Part shown: piece by piece, positions 36,601-49,335 of the stretch | How the letters are laid out: each line of letters opens with the position of its first letter | Numbering within the stretch: the first letter of the stretch is position 1 | Assembly (NCBI GenBank): GCA_950097015.1 | Contig: CATNEN010000024.1 | Coordinates: forward strand, 6,014,001-6,078,000 | DNA length: 64,000 bases | Reading direction: 5' to 3' | DNA from: Macrostomum hystrix | Taxonomy: Eukaryota > Animalia > Platyhelminthes | Notes under the pieces: model-generated | What the model saw: only the letters and a program-made list of their open reading frames with translations | Databases searched by the model: none | Told to the model about the DNA's origin: nothing | Program-made: the position numbers and the translations under genes

Positions 36601-39600
36601 CAGATCTGAGTTTTCAGCTTCTTTTGACCACCAGATTCAGTGAGGTGACGAAAAGTACTTTTAAAATGGGAGATATCAGAGTGGGGGGGACTCGAGGGTC
36701 TACAACTCCGAGACGCGAATAGTCAGGGCTCTGAAATTTTACAGCCGTGTTTACAGATAATGTTTCCTTCCAGATCTGAGTTTTCAGCTTCTTTTGACCA
36801 CCAGATTCAGTGAGGTGACGAAAAGTACTTTTAAAATGGGAGATATCAGAGTGGGGGGGACTCGAGGGTCTACAACTCCGAGACGCGACTAGTCAGGGCT
36901 CTGAAATTTTACAGCCGTGTTCACAGATAATGTTTCCTTCCAGATCTGAGTTTTCAGCTTCTTTTGACCACCAGATTCAGTGAGGTGACGAAAAGTACTT
37001 TTAAAATGGGAGATATCAGAGTGGGGGGGACTCGAGGGTCTACAACTCCGAGACGCGACTAGTCAGGGCTCTGAAATTTTACAGCCGTGTTTACAGATAA
37101 TGTTTCCTTCCAGATCTGAGTTTTTAGCCTCGTCTGACCACCAGATTCAGTGAGGTGACGAAAAGTACTTTTAAAATGGGAGATATCAGAGTGGGGGGAC
37201 TCGAGGGTCTACAACTCCGAGACGCGACTAGTCAGGGCTCTGAAATTTTACAGCCGTGTTCACAGATAATGTTTCCTTCCAGATCTGAGTTTTCAGCTTC
37301 TTTTGACCACCAGATTCAGTGAGGTGACGAAAAGTACTTTTAAAATGGGAGATATCAGAGTGGGGGGGACTCGAGGGTCTACAACTCCGAGACGCGAATA
37401 GTCAGGGCTCTGAAATTTTACAGCCGTGTTTACAGATAATGTTTCCTTCCAGATCTGAGTTTTCAGCTTCTTTTGACCACCAGATTCAGTGAGGTGACGA
37501 AAAGTACTTTTAAAATGGGAGATATCAGAGTGGGGGGGACTCGAGGGTCTACAACTCCGAGACGCGAATAGTCAGGGCTCTGAAATTTTACAGCCGTGTT
37601 TACAGATAATGTTTCCTTCCAGATCTAAGTTTTTAGCCTCGTCTGACCACCAGATTCAGTGAGGTGACGAAAAGTACTTTTAAAATGGGAGATATCAGAG
37701 TGGGGGGGACTCGAGGGTCTACAACTCCGAGACGCGACTAGTCAGGGCTCTGAAATTTTACAGCCGTGTTCACAGATAATGTTTCCTTCCAGATCTGAGT
37801 TTTCAGCTTCTTTTGACCACCAGATTCAGTGAGGTGACGAAAAGTACTTTTAAAATGGGAGATATCAGAGTGGGGGGGACTCGAGGGTCTACAACTCCGA
37901 GACGCGAATAGTCAGGGCTCTGAAATTTTACAGCCGTGTTTACAGATAATGTTTCCTTCCAGATCTGAGTTTTTAGCCTCGTCTGACCACCAGATTCAGT
38001 GAGGTGACGAAAAGTACTTTTAAAATGGGAGATATCAGAGTGGGGGGGACTCGAGGGTCTACAACTCCGAGACGTGACTAGTCAGGGCTCTGAAATTTTA
38101 CAGCCGTGTTCACAGATAATGTTTCCTTCCAGATCTGAGTTTTCAGCTTCTTTTGACCACCAGATTCAGTGAGGTGACGAAAAGTACTTTTAAAATGGGA
38201 GATATCAGAGTGGGGGGGACTCGAGGGTCTACAACTCCGAGACGCGACTAGTCAGGGCTCTGAAATTTTACAGCCGTGTTCACAGATAATGTTTCCTTCC
38301 AGATCTGAGTTTTCAGCTTCTTTTGACCACCAGATTCAGTGAGGTGACGAAAAGTACTTTTAAAATGGGAGATATCAGAGTGGGGGGGACTCGAGGGTCT
38401 ACAACTCCGAGACGCGAATAGTCAGGGCTCTGAAATTTTACAGCCGTGTTTACAGATAATGTTTCCTTCCAGATCTGAGTTTTCAGCTTCTTTTGACCAC
38501 CAGATTCAGTGAGGTGACGAAAAGTACTTTTAAAATGGGAGATATCAGAGTGGGGGGGACTCGAGGGTCTACAACTCCGAGACGCGAATAGTCAGGGCTC
38601 TGAAATTTTACAGCCGTGTTTACAGATAATGTTTCCTTCCAGATCTGAGTTTTCAGCTTCTTTTGACCACCAGATTCAGTGAGGTGACGAAAAGTACTTT
38701 TAAAATGGGAGATATCAGAGTGGGGGGGACTCGAGGGTCTACAACTCCGAGACGCGAATAGTCAGGGCTCTGAAATTTTACAGCCGTGTTTACAGATAAT
38801 GTTTCCTTCCAGATCTGAGTTTTTAGCCTCGTCTGACCACCAGATTCAGTGAGGTGACGAAAAGTACTTTTAAAATGGGAGATATCAGAGTGGGGGGGAC
38901 TCGAGGGTCTACAACTCCGAGACGCGAATAGTCAGGGCTCTGAAATTTTACAGCCGTGTTTACAGATAATGTTTCCTTCCAGATCTGAGTTTTCAGCCTC
39001 GTCTGACCACCAGATTCAGTGAGGTGACGAAAAGTACTTTTAAAATGGGAGATATCAGAGTGGGGGGGACTCGAGGGTCTACAACTCCGAGACGCGACTA
39101 GTCAGGGCTCTGAAATTTTACAGCCGTGTTCACAGATAATGTTTCCTTCCAGATCTGAGTTTTCAGCTTCTTTTGACCACCAGATTCAGTGAGGTGACGA
39201 AAAGTACTTTTAAAATGGGAGATATCAGAGTGGGGGGGACTCGAGGGTCTACAACTCCGAGACGCGAATAGTCAGGGCTCTGAAATTTTACAGCCGTGTT
39301 CACAGATAATGTTTCCTTCCAGATCTGAGTTTTCAGCTTCTTTTGACCACCAGATTCAGTGAGGTGACGAAAAGTACTTTTAAAATGGGAGATATCAGAG
39401 TGGGGGGGACTCGAGGGTATACAACTCCGAGACGCGAATAGTCAGGGCTCTGAAATTTTACAGCCGTGTTTACAGATAATGTTTCCTTCCAGATCTGAGT
39501 TTTCAGCTTCTTTTGACCACCAGATTCAGTGAGGTGACGAAAAGTACTTTTAAAATGGGAGATATCAGAGTGGGGGGGACTCGAGGGTCTACAACTCCGA

Positions 39601-42600
39601 GACGCGAATAGTCAGGGCTCTGAAATTTTACAGCCGTGTTTACAGATAATGTTTCCTTCCAGATCTGAGTTTTCAGCTTCTTTTGACCACCAGATTCAGT
39701 GAGGTGACGAAAAGTACTTTTAAAATGGGAGATATCAGAGTGGGGGGGACTCGAGGGTCTACAACTCCGAGACGCGAATAGTCAGGGCTCTGAAATTTTA
39801 CAGCCGTGTTTACAGATAATGTTTCCTTCCAGATCTGAGTTTTCAGCTTCTTTTGACCACCAGATTCAGTGAGGTGACGAAAAGTACTTTTAAAATGGGA
39901 GATATCAGAGTGGGGGGGACTCGAGGGTCTACAACTCCGAGACGCGAATAGTCAGGGCTCTGAAATTTTACAGCCGTGTTTACAGATAATGTTTCCTTCC
40001 AGATCTGAGTTTTCAGCTTCTTTTGACCACCAGATTCAGTGAGGTGACGAAAAGTACTTTTAAAATGGGAGATATCAGAGTGGGGGGGACTCGAGGGTCT
40101 ACAACTCCGAGACGCGACTAGTCAGGGCTCTGAAATTTTACAGCCGTGTTTACAGATAATGTTTCCTTCCAGATCTGAGTTTTTAGCCTCGTCTGACCAC
40201 CAGATTCAGTGAGGTGACGAAAAGTACTTTTAAAATGGGAGATATCAGAGTGGGGGGACTCGAGGGTCTACAACTCCGAGACGCGAATAGTCAGGGCTCT
40301 GAAATTTTACAGCCGTGTTTACAGATAATGTTTCCTTCCAGATCTGAGTTTTCAGCTTCTTTTGACCACCAGATTCAGTGAGGTGACGAAAAGTACTTTT
40401 AAAATGGGAGATATCAGAGTGGGGGGGACTCGAGGGTCTACAACTCCGAGACGCGAATAGTCAGGGCTCTGAAATTTTACAGCCGTGTTTACAGATAATG
40501 TTTCCTTCCAGATCTGAGTTTTCAGCTTCTTTTGACCACCAGATTCAGTGAGGTGACGAAAAGTACTTTTAAAATGGGAGATATCAGAGTGGGGGGGACT
40601 CGAGGGTCTACAACTCCGAGACGCGACTAGTCAGGGCTCTGAAATTTTACAGCCGTGTTCACAGATAATGTTTCCTTCCAGATCTGAGTTTTCAGCTTCT
40701 TTTGACCACCAGATTCAGTGAGGTGACGAAAAGTACTTTTAAAATGGGAGATATCAGAGTGGGGGGGACTCGAGGGTCTACAACTCCGAGACGCGACTAG
40801 TCAGGGCTCTGAAATTTTACAGCCGTGTTTACAGATAATGTTTCCTTCCAGATCTGAGTTTTTAGCCTCGTCTGACCACCAGATTCAGTGAGGTGACGAA
40901 AAGTACTTTTAAAATGGGAGATATCAGAGTGGGGGGACTCGAGGGTCTACAACTCCGAGACGCGACTAGTCAGGGCTCTGAAATTTTACAGCCGTGTTCA
41001 CAGATAATGTTTCCTTCCAGATCTGAGTTTTCAGCTTCTTTTGACCACCAGATTCAGTGAGGTGACGAAAAGTACTTTTAAAATGGGAGATATCAGAGTG
41101 GGGGGGACTCGAGGGTCTACAACTCCGAGACGCGAATAGTCAGGGCTCTGAAATTTTACAGCCGTGTTTACAGATAATGTTTCCTTCCAGATCTGAGTTT
41201 TCAGCTTCTTTTGACCACCAGATTCAGTGAGGTGACGAAAAGTACTTTTAAAATGGGAGATATCAGAGTGGGGGGGACTCGAGGGTCTACAACTCCGAGA
41301 CGCGAATAGTCAGGGCTCTGAAATTTTACAGCCGTGTTTACAGATAATGTTTCCTTCCAGATCTAAGTTTTTAGCCTCGTCTGACCACCAGATTCAGTGA
41401 GGTGACGAAAAGTACTTTTAAAATGGGAGATATCAGAGTGGGGGGGACTCGAGGGTCTACAACTCCGAGACGCGACTAGTCAGGGCTCTGAAATTTTACA
41501 GCCGTGTTCACAGATAATGTTTCCTTCCAGATCTGAGTTTTCAGCTTCTTTTGACCACCAGATTCAGTGAGGTGACGAAAAGTACTTTTAAAATGGGAGA
41601 TATCAGAGTGGGGGGGACTCGAGGGTCTACAACTCCGAGACGCGAATAGTCAGGGCTCTGAAATTTTACAGCCGTGTTTACAGATAATGTTTCCTTCCAG
41701 ATCTGAGTTTTTAGCCTCGTCTGACCACCAGATTCAGTGAGGTGACGAAAAGTACTTTTAAAATGGGAGATATCAGAGTGGGGGGGACTCGAGGGTCTAC
41801 AACTCCGAGACGTGACTAGTCAGGGCTCTGAAATTTTACAGCCGTGTTCACAGATAATGTTTCCTTCCAGATCTGAGTTTTCAGCTTCTTTTGACCACCA
41901 GATTCAGTGAGGTGACGAAAAGTACTTTTAAAATGGGAGATATCAGAGTGGGGGGGACTCGAGGGTCTACAACTCCGAGACGCGACTAGTCAGGGCTCTG
42001 AAATTTTACAGCCGTGTTCACAGATAATGTTTCCTTCCAGATCTGAGTTTTCAGCTTCTTTTGACCACCAGATTCAGTGAGGTGACGAAAAGTACTTTTA
42101 AAATGGGAGATATCAGAGTGGGGGGGACTCGAGGGTCTACAACTCCGAGACGCGAATAGTCAGGGCTCTGAAATTTTACAGCCGTGTTTACAGATAATGT
42201 TTCCTTCCAGATCTGAGTTTTCAGCTTCTTTTGACCACCAGATTCAGTGAGGTGACGAAAAGTACTTTTAAAATGGGAGATATCAGAGTGGGGGGGACTC
42301 GAGGGTCTACAACTCCGAGACGCGAATAGTCAGGGCTCTGAAATTTTACAGCCGTGTTTACAGATAATGTTTCCTTCCAGATCTGAGTTTTCAGCTTCTT
42401 TTGACCACCAGATTCAGTGAGGTGACGAAAAGTACTTTTAAAATGGGAGATATCAGAGTGGGGGGGACTCGAGGGTCTACAACTCCGAGACGCGAATAGT
42501 CAGGGCTCTGAAATTTTACAGCCGTGTTTACAGATAATGTTTCCTTCCAGATCTAAGTTTTTAGCCTCGTCTGACCACCAGATTCAGTGAGGTGACGAAA

Positions 42601-44588
42601 AGTACTTTTAAAATGGGAGATATCAGAGTGGGGGGGACTCGAGGGTCTACAACTCCGAGACGCGACTAGTCAGGGCTCTGAAATTTTACAGCCGTGTTCA
42701 CAGATAATGTTTCCTTCCAGATCTGAGTTTTCAGCTTCTTTTGACCACCAGATTCAGTGAGGTGACGAAAAGTACTTTTAAAATGGGAGATATCAGAGTG
42801 GGGGGGACTCGAGGGTCTACAACTCCGAGACGCGAATAGTCAGGGCTCTGAAATTTTACAGCCGTGTTCACAGATAATGTTTCCTTCCAGATCTGAGTTT
42901 TTAGCCTCGTCTGACCACCAGATTCAGTGAGGTGACGAAAAGTACTTTTAAAATGGGAGATATCAGAGTGGGGGGGACTCGAGGGTCTACAACTCCGAGA
43001 CGCGACTAGTCAGGGCTCTGAAATTTTACAGCCGTGTTCACAGATAATGTTTCCTTCCAGATCTGAGTTTTCAGCTTCTTTTGACCACCAGATTCAGTGA
43101 GGTGACGAAAAGTACTTTTAAAATGGGAGATATCAGAGTGGGGGGGACTCGAGGGTCTACAACTCCGAGACGTGACTAGTCAGGGCTCTGAAATTTTACA
43201 GCCGTGTTCACAGATAATGTTTCCTTCCAGATCTGAGTTTTCAGCTTCTTTTGACCACCAGATTCAGTGAGGTGACGAAAAGTACTTTTAAAATGGGAGA
43301 TATCAGAGTGGGGGGGACTCGAGGGTCTACAACTCCGAGACGCGACTAGTCAGGGCTCTGAAATTTTACAGCCGTGTTCACAGATAATGTTTCCTTCCAG
43401 ATCTGAGTTTTCAGCTTCTTTTGACCACCAGATTCAGTGAGGTGACGAAAAGTACTTTTAAAATGGGAGATATCAGAGTGGGGGGGACTCGAGGGTCTAC
43501 AACTCCGAGACGCGAATAGTCAGGGCTCTGAAATTTTACAGCCGTGTTTACAGATAATGTTTCCTTCCAGATCTGAGTTTTCAGCTTCTTTTGACCACCA
43601 GATTCAGTGAGGTGACGAAAAGTACTTTTAAAATGGGAGATATCAGAGTGGGGGGGACTCGAGGGTCTACAACTCCGAGACGCGAATAGTCAGGGCTCTG
43701 AAATTTTACAGCCGTGTTTACAGATAATGTTTCCTTCCAGATCTGAGTTTTCAGCTTCTTTTGACCACCAGATTCAGTGAGGTGACGAAAAGTACTTTTA
43801 AAATGGGAGATATCAGAGTGGGGGGGACTCGAGGGTCTACAACTCCGAGACGCGAATAGTCAGGGCTCTGAAATTTTACAGCCGTGTTTACAGATAATGT
43901 TTCCTTCCAGATCTAAGTTTTTAGCCTCGTCTGACCACCAGATTCAGTGAGGTGACGAAAAGTACTTTTAAAATGGGAGATATCAGAGTGGGGGGGACTC
44001 GAGGGTCTACAACTCCGAGACGCGACTAGTCAGGGCTCTGAAATTTTACAGCCGTGTTCACAGATAATGTTTCCTTCCAGATCTGAGTTTTCAGCTTCTT
44101 TTGACCACCAGATTCAGTGAGGTGACGAAAAGTACTTTTAAAATGGGAGATATCAGAGTGGGGGGGACTCGAGGGTCTACAACTCCGAGACGCGAATAGT
44201 CAGGGCTCTGAAATTTTACAGCCGTGTTCACAGATAATGTTTCCTTCCAGATCTGAGTTTTTAGCCTCGTCTGACCACCAGATTCAGTGAGGTGACGAAA
44301 AGTACTTTTAAAATGGGAGATATCAGAGTGGGGGGGACTCGAGGGTCTACAACTCCGAGACGCGACTAGTCAGGGCTCTGAAATTTTACAGCCGTGTTCA
44401 CAGATAATGTTTCCTTCCAGATCTGAGTTTTCAGCTTCTTTTGACCACCAGATTCAGTGAGGTGACGAAAAGTACTTTTAAAATGGGAGATATCAGAGTG
44501 GGGGGGACTCGAGGGTCTACAACTCCGAGACGCGACACGTCAGGGCTCTGAAATTTTACAGCCGTGTTCACAGATAATGTTTCCTTCC
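18646..44588 (-). repeat. Right-arm tandem array of the same 170-bp monomer in inverted orientation, ~152 copies
   Basis: Reverse complement of the left-array monomer with the same polymorphic sites. Confidence 0.98.
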
Positions 44589-45057
44589 TTATCATTGCTC
44601 TCAGCTGTATATGATGTACGAGTAATAATCCTGCGAAGCGCAAAAGTGAGGTTATATTTTTAGTTTTTTTGATGAAGTTTACGATGATTATAAAAAAAAT
44701 AAATTTTACAAACACATTTAATGAGGTGAGTTTTGAGTTGTGATTTTAGTAGTTGCGATATTTAGTAAACCGCTTTTTGTATTCGTTTACTCAGTTGGTT
44801 GAGCAAATTTGTTTTATTCTATGAAAAAATATATTAAAAAACGTTTTGTGAAAGTAAACCATTTTTTGTGTGTTGTGCGCAAGTCCGTCGATATTTATTA
44901 ATTTTATTCTCAATAATGATATTTTCGGACCGATATATAAGTATTTCATCTGTTAGAAGTCTTTTTATTAGTTGCTTGTCGATTTTTTGTTGGCTATAAC
45001 ATAATTTTTTTCTGGTACTGGTTCTGGTACTGGTTCTGGTACTGGAAGTATAGACGT
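44589..45057 (-). repeat. Right terminal inverted repeat, non-satellite part (469 bp)
   Basis: Reverse complement of 4911-5379. The mirrored 94-aa ORFs (5253-5537 and 44431-44715) translate identically. Confidence 0.95.
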
Positions 45058-45065
45058 TAAGTTAG
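45058..45065. repeat. Right target-site duplication TAAGTTAG
   Basis: Identical to 4903-4910. Confidence 0.9.
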
Positions 45066-46645
45066 TACAAACGTATAATCCAAAGCCACCACCCTTGGCC
45101 TTGAGTGTCGTATTTTGCTCGCCGTAAAAGTACATAAAAACAAATCAGATTTGATGTTTATAATAAAATTAACTTGAAAACAATAACGCTCCCAACTTAT
45201 TGTAAATACGGCTGACTTCTTATAAAAAGTGCAGCAAAACATACGTGCTTAATATATCACTTGACAGTTCGAAACACTCATATCTACACGTATATAATAT
45301 CTACTCATATCTACTCATATCATATCTACTCATATAAACACTCTGTATATACGATTATTATTCAATTAGAGATTTAATCTAGGCGGATGTTACATTCAAC
45401 GTCACGCAACATCAAAATATACAGCGAAGCGAACCAATCTATTTTATTTCTGAAATTCTGAAATTCTCGAAATTTAATTTCCGTCGATAAATTTTAGCAG
45501 TTTTCGCTCTCCCATAAGTTGGCGGGAACTGCTCAATGATGTCCGGTGCTTAACGGCAATGGTATAAAACATAAACTGCGTGTACTACTGTTAAGTAGCA
45601 AGAGTCAGTTTCACGATGCTTTCTATACAAAATGACGAGGAATTTTTTAATTGAAAATTCGTTTCGATGCGAAGCAATTATAAGCAGTGTGTTATGTTAT
45701 TTACACCGCCATAGTCGAAAATCTAAATTCGATCATCGGAGTGGTGGGACAAGGAATCAGGTCGCGGGGGTATTGGAGACAAACACGCGGCCCTACATTT
45801 TGAGAAGAAAAATCAATCGCAAGGGATTAAACAGTGTCTTATAATTGGATTTTCCAAGCGTGCAGAAAGAGAGAAGGAGGGAAGGGAAAGACCAAGGGAA
45901 AGACTTCTATTTTACTCGCATTTTCTTTCAGTGAGAGCTGCAGGAAAATTGCACAAGTTCAATATCTAGCTGGAAAGGAGAAGTGTTAATCCTACCTATG
46001 TCTCTGGCCCCGCCGCCAGCAATTGTAAAGCGCTCTCCAAATTTTAGCGGGTTCGGCAAATACTAAGCCACATGCAGAAAGGTAAACACAGACAGCTGAT
46101 GCTACGGGAAAACGACAGACAGCTAGAGGGAGAATTGCAGAGCCACCCACACGTTGGGAAAGGAAATGATTATAGGGGATTATATGCGATATGTATGACA
46201 AAATAGCAGCTTGGTGATAAAAGTACAAATAATATCGGACCTTAGCCTACCTTCCGAGTCCGGTGTATGGCTGAGGTTTTCAAACAGATCCTTGTGCCGC
46301 TCCTGAATGAAGCCTGGCAGCGGCGAGTAGAGCTCCTGAAGATTGCATAGAGTATGGAATCATGAGCTAATCAATAATTTATTAGATCCATATCCAATTT
46401 AAAAAAAATCTGTCTTTTGCAATGATTTATTTTTATTCACAGTATAAATATTATTTATATTTATTAATAGTCCAGTTTCCATCAATGCCCAGTAGAATTG
46501 ATGAAGTGGAAACTGCTTCAGGCTCCTGAACGAGAGATCGAGAGTTCGAATCTCAGACTAACGGGGGGAAACAATCGACTCGCGCTCATTGATCTACAAA
46601 CAATTAGTAGCGGCATTCATACGAGATTTAAATCCCGCCCAAATC

Positions 46646-47218
46646 TTAGCATTGCTTTTGTCAGCCAAGTCGAGAATCCCCTTTCACTGCAGTAGCAGCC
46701 TTTGCCATAGAAGTACACTCAACCATAGACAAAAAAAGCCAACCGAGTAGAGAATTCCAGTAAAAATCAACCAACGAAACTATTGAGAATTGTTTCGAAT
46801 TGACATTAATATTGTTACAACTGGAACTATAATTACAACTGTTAGAAATGTGTCGCGTCCACCGCTTGGAACGGCAGCAACACGCCATTCAAGTCTATAT
46901 TGCCAAAACGATTTTGTAAACTGCTGACTTTAAAATGCTCAATATGGCTGCCACGTTTTGAAGCGAGTTCCCGTTATCGATGGCATCAATCAGACGCTGG
47001 CGATCTGCGAGAGGTTACAGCTTAGCTTGATTTATTATAGTCTATGGCCATAAGAGAGTGCAGCTAGGAATTCTCTACTTGGTTGGCTTTTTATCAACTT
47101 GATTGGCTTTTTGTCTATGGTCGAGCGTAGTTCTATGGCAGTGGCTGCTACTGCAGTGAATGGGGATTCTCAACATGATTGACTCCATTCTCGACTTAGC
47201 TGACAAAAGCAATACTAA
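46646..47218. mobile_element. Degenerate inverted-repeat element (MITE/foldback relic)
   Basis: 46646-46758 is an imperfect reverse complement of 47067-47218 (shared TTGCTTTTGTCAGC, TCACTGCAGTAGCAGCC, CCATAGACAAAAA, AGTAGAGAATTCC). The right arm has two small insertions. No TSD identified. Confidence 0.6.
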
Positions 47219-48035
47219 TCCATTTCTTAAGTCAGGTTTTCTATTAAGCATCCGTCTCAATCTATTACATCCGTAAGTCATAAAAAATAATTATTTTTTG
47301 CCAGTCCACTTGTAATCCGAATCCTAATCTGGTCTTAGAATACTTAGATAATACCAAATCGATACTCGCCCCAATTTAAATTGCATAATTTTCTTATAAG
47401 CTATCTAATTCAAATTCTGTCTTCGTTATCACAGGGATTAGTAGCGAAAAGAATTTATAACAATAATAGGCAGATAGATAGTACAAACACAGCCAGGGCT
47501 GTCATGCAGCTAACTCACCGCATCTCTCTGATACTCCCCGTCCATTGTGATTGTCTGAGACTGAAAATTGAGCGAAGGCAAATGCAGGCACGAGTTAGGC
47601 AAGGCTTGGTTGATTGGCATCTGTGCTACACTCTTTAAATTCGTTAACTCTAGTGCCTCTCAACAAATTTTAGTCTGCGGTTGTGGCCGTTAGAAATCTT
47701 ATTAAAAACCGAATTTTAAATATAAGCAAATCGAAATCGATTACTTGAGACAGAACGGTTGGGATAATACAAGGATCCCATGGGCCGAGAAACTGCCGAC
47801 CTAGATAGAAGCAGCACAACATGTATTACTAAGCTCAGAAAATAATGAATGCAAGCCCCACAATCACACTTGTCCCTGTGTCCAGTGCAGCATACATAGG
47901 TAAGCCAATAATATTAAGAGCGGGCATGACCTCAGTGTCCTCATCGTGACCTACTCCAGCCTAGCGACTAACAAAAAAAGTGCGAACTTATTCATGTTAA
48001 AGATAATTCTCTTTGAAGTTAGATGGCGAGCCAGG

Positions 48036-48725
48036 GAGAGAGGGAAGAGAGAGAGCCCAGAGAACTTGAGAGAGAAGGAAGAGAAGGGCGAGAGAATCTG
48101 AGAGATAGGGAAGAGAAGGGCGAGAGAATCTGAGAGAGAAGGAAGAGAAGGGCGAGAATCTGAGAGATAGGGAAGAGAATGGCGAGAGAATCTGAGAGAT
48201 AGGGAAGAGAAGGGCGAGAGAATCAGAGAGAGAAGGAAGAGAAGGGCGAGAATCTGAGAGATAGGGAAGAGAATGGCGAGAGAATCTGAGAGAGAAGGAA
48301 GAGAAGGGCGAGAATCTGAGAGATAGGGAAGAGAATGGCGAGAGAATCTGAGAGATAGGGAAGAGAAGGGCGAGAGAATCTGAGAGATAGGGAAGAGAAT
48401 GGCGAGAGAATCTGAGAGATGGGGAAGAGAAGGGCGAGAGAAACTGAGAGAGAAGGAAGAGAAGGGCGAGAGAATCTGAGAGATAGGGAAGAGAATGGCG
48501 AGAGAATCTGAGAGATAGGGAAGAGAATGGCGAGAGAATCTGAGAGATAGGGAAGAGAATGGCGAGAGAATCTGAGAGATAGGGAAGAGAATGGCGAGAG
48601 AATCTGAGAGATGGGGAAGAGAAGGGCGAGAGAATCTGAGAGATGGGGAAGAGAGGGCGAGGAATCTAAGTTGGAAGGTTGGAAATGGTGAGAAACTCGA
48701 GAGAGGGAAAAGAGAAGAGCGAGAG
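48036..48725. repeat. Purine-rich 30-32-bp minisatellite (GAGAGAATCTGAGAGATAGGGAAGAGAAKGGC)n
   Basis: Tandem periodicity with strong purine/pyrimidine strand asymmetry. Confidence 0.93.
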
Positions 48726-49254
48726 AATAGGAACGGGAGAATAGGAAAACAGTATATCAGTTAGCTAGATTAGAAATAGTGAAATAGGGAGAGCTCGGCT
48801 GGAAGAGGCTGATTAAAACAGTGCAGAAGTAAATCTGACACATACACACACACATCAGATTAGATGCCAACAGACCCAGCCTGTACCAATAGTGGTAGGT
48901 CCAGAGACATATGGAGACTGACTAGGAAGAGCAGCATGTGGAAGTTGCTGGCTCATCTCCTAAACACAGCTAGCCACTACAATCTCCAAGCTTGTAGAGC
49001 TTTGTGTATTTTACCTCTCCTCCGAGTCAGTCCAAGCCTCACTATCCCGCTATCACAAGGCCAATGCGATTTCTGGGAGCGGGTTGGTTTGGGTGGCTGC
49101 AGAGCACATTGAGAATGCCAGAGTTTAGACACGTCCCTGGCCACTACACACCCCACGGCAATAGCTAGACTAGACTCAAAAAAACTGCTCAAATATTGTA
49201 TTTTTCTGTGCAGGGGAAAATGAGGGCCTGCAATTCACCCAGCCGCCCCAAAAC

Positions 49255-49335
49255 CTCATGGCTGTGTCTGTCTGACAGAGCTTGGCCTGTTTGCACAGCG
49301 ACAACACTGGCCATTGGCCAAGCAGTTAAATTCCA
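49255..49335 (-). CDS. Possible 81-bp symmetric cassette exon of AMPK gamma (speculative)
   Basis: Strong acceptor ttttcttatatcttttaag|TGG, 27 open codons in phase 0, weak donor GAG|gttttg. No homology recognised. Confidence 0.2.

Larger units (their letters stand above)
4911..45057 (-). mobile_element. Giant (40,147 bp) Mutator-superfamily (MULE) DNA transposon with foldback, satellite-containing inverted arms
   Basis: Ends ACGTCTATACTTCCAG.../...CTGGAAGTATAGACGT are perfect inverted repeats; perfect TSD; long inverted arms; internal ORF with MULE DDE motifs. Confidence 0.93.

Noticed and set aside
5380-44588. CRISPR array interpretation of the regular repeats
   Set aside because: Units are contiguous 170-bp near-identical monomers with no unique spacers, there are no cas genes, and the context is eukaryotic.
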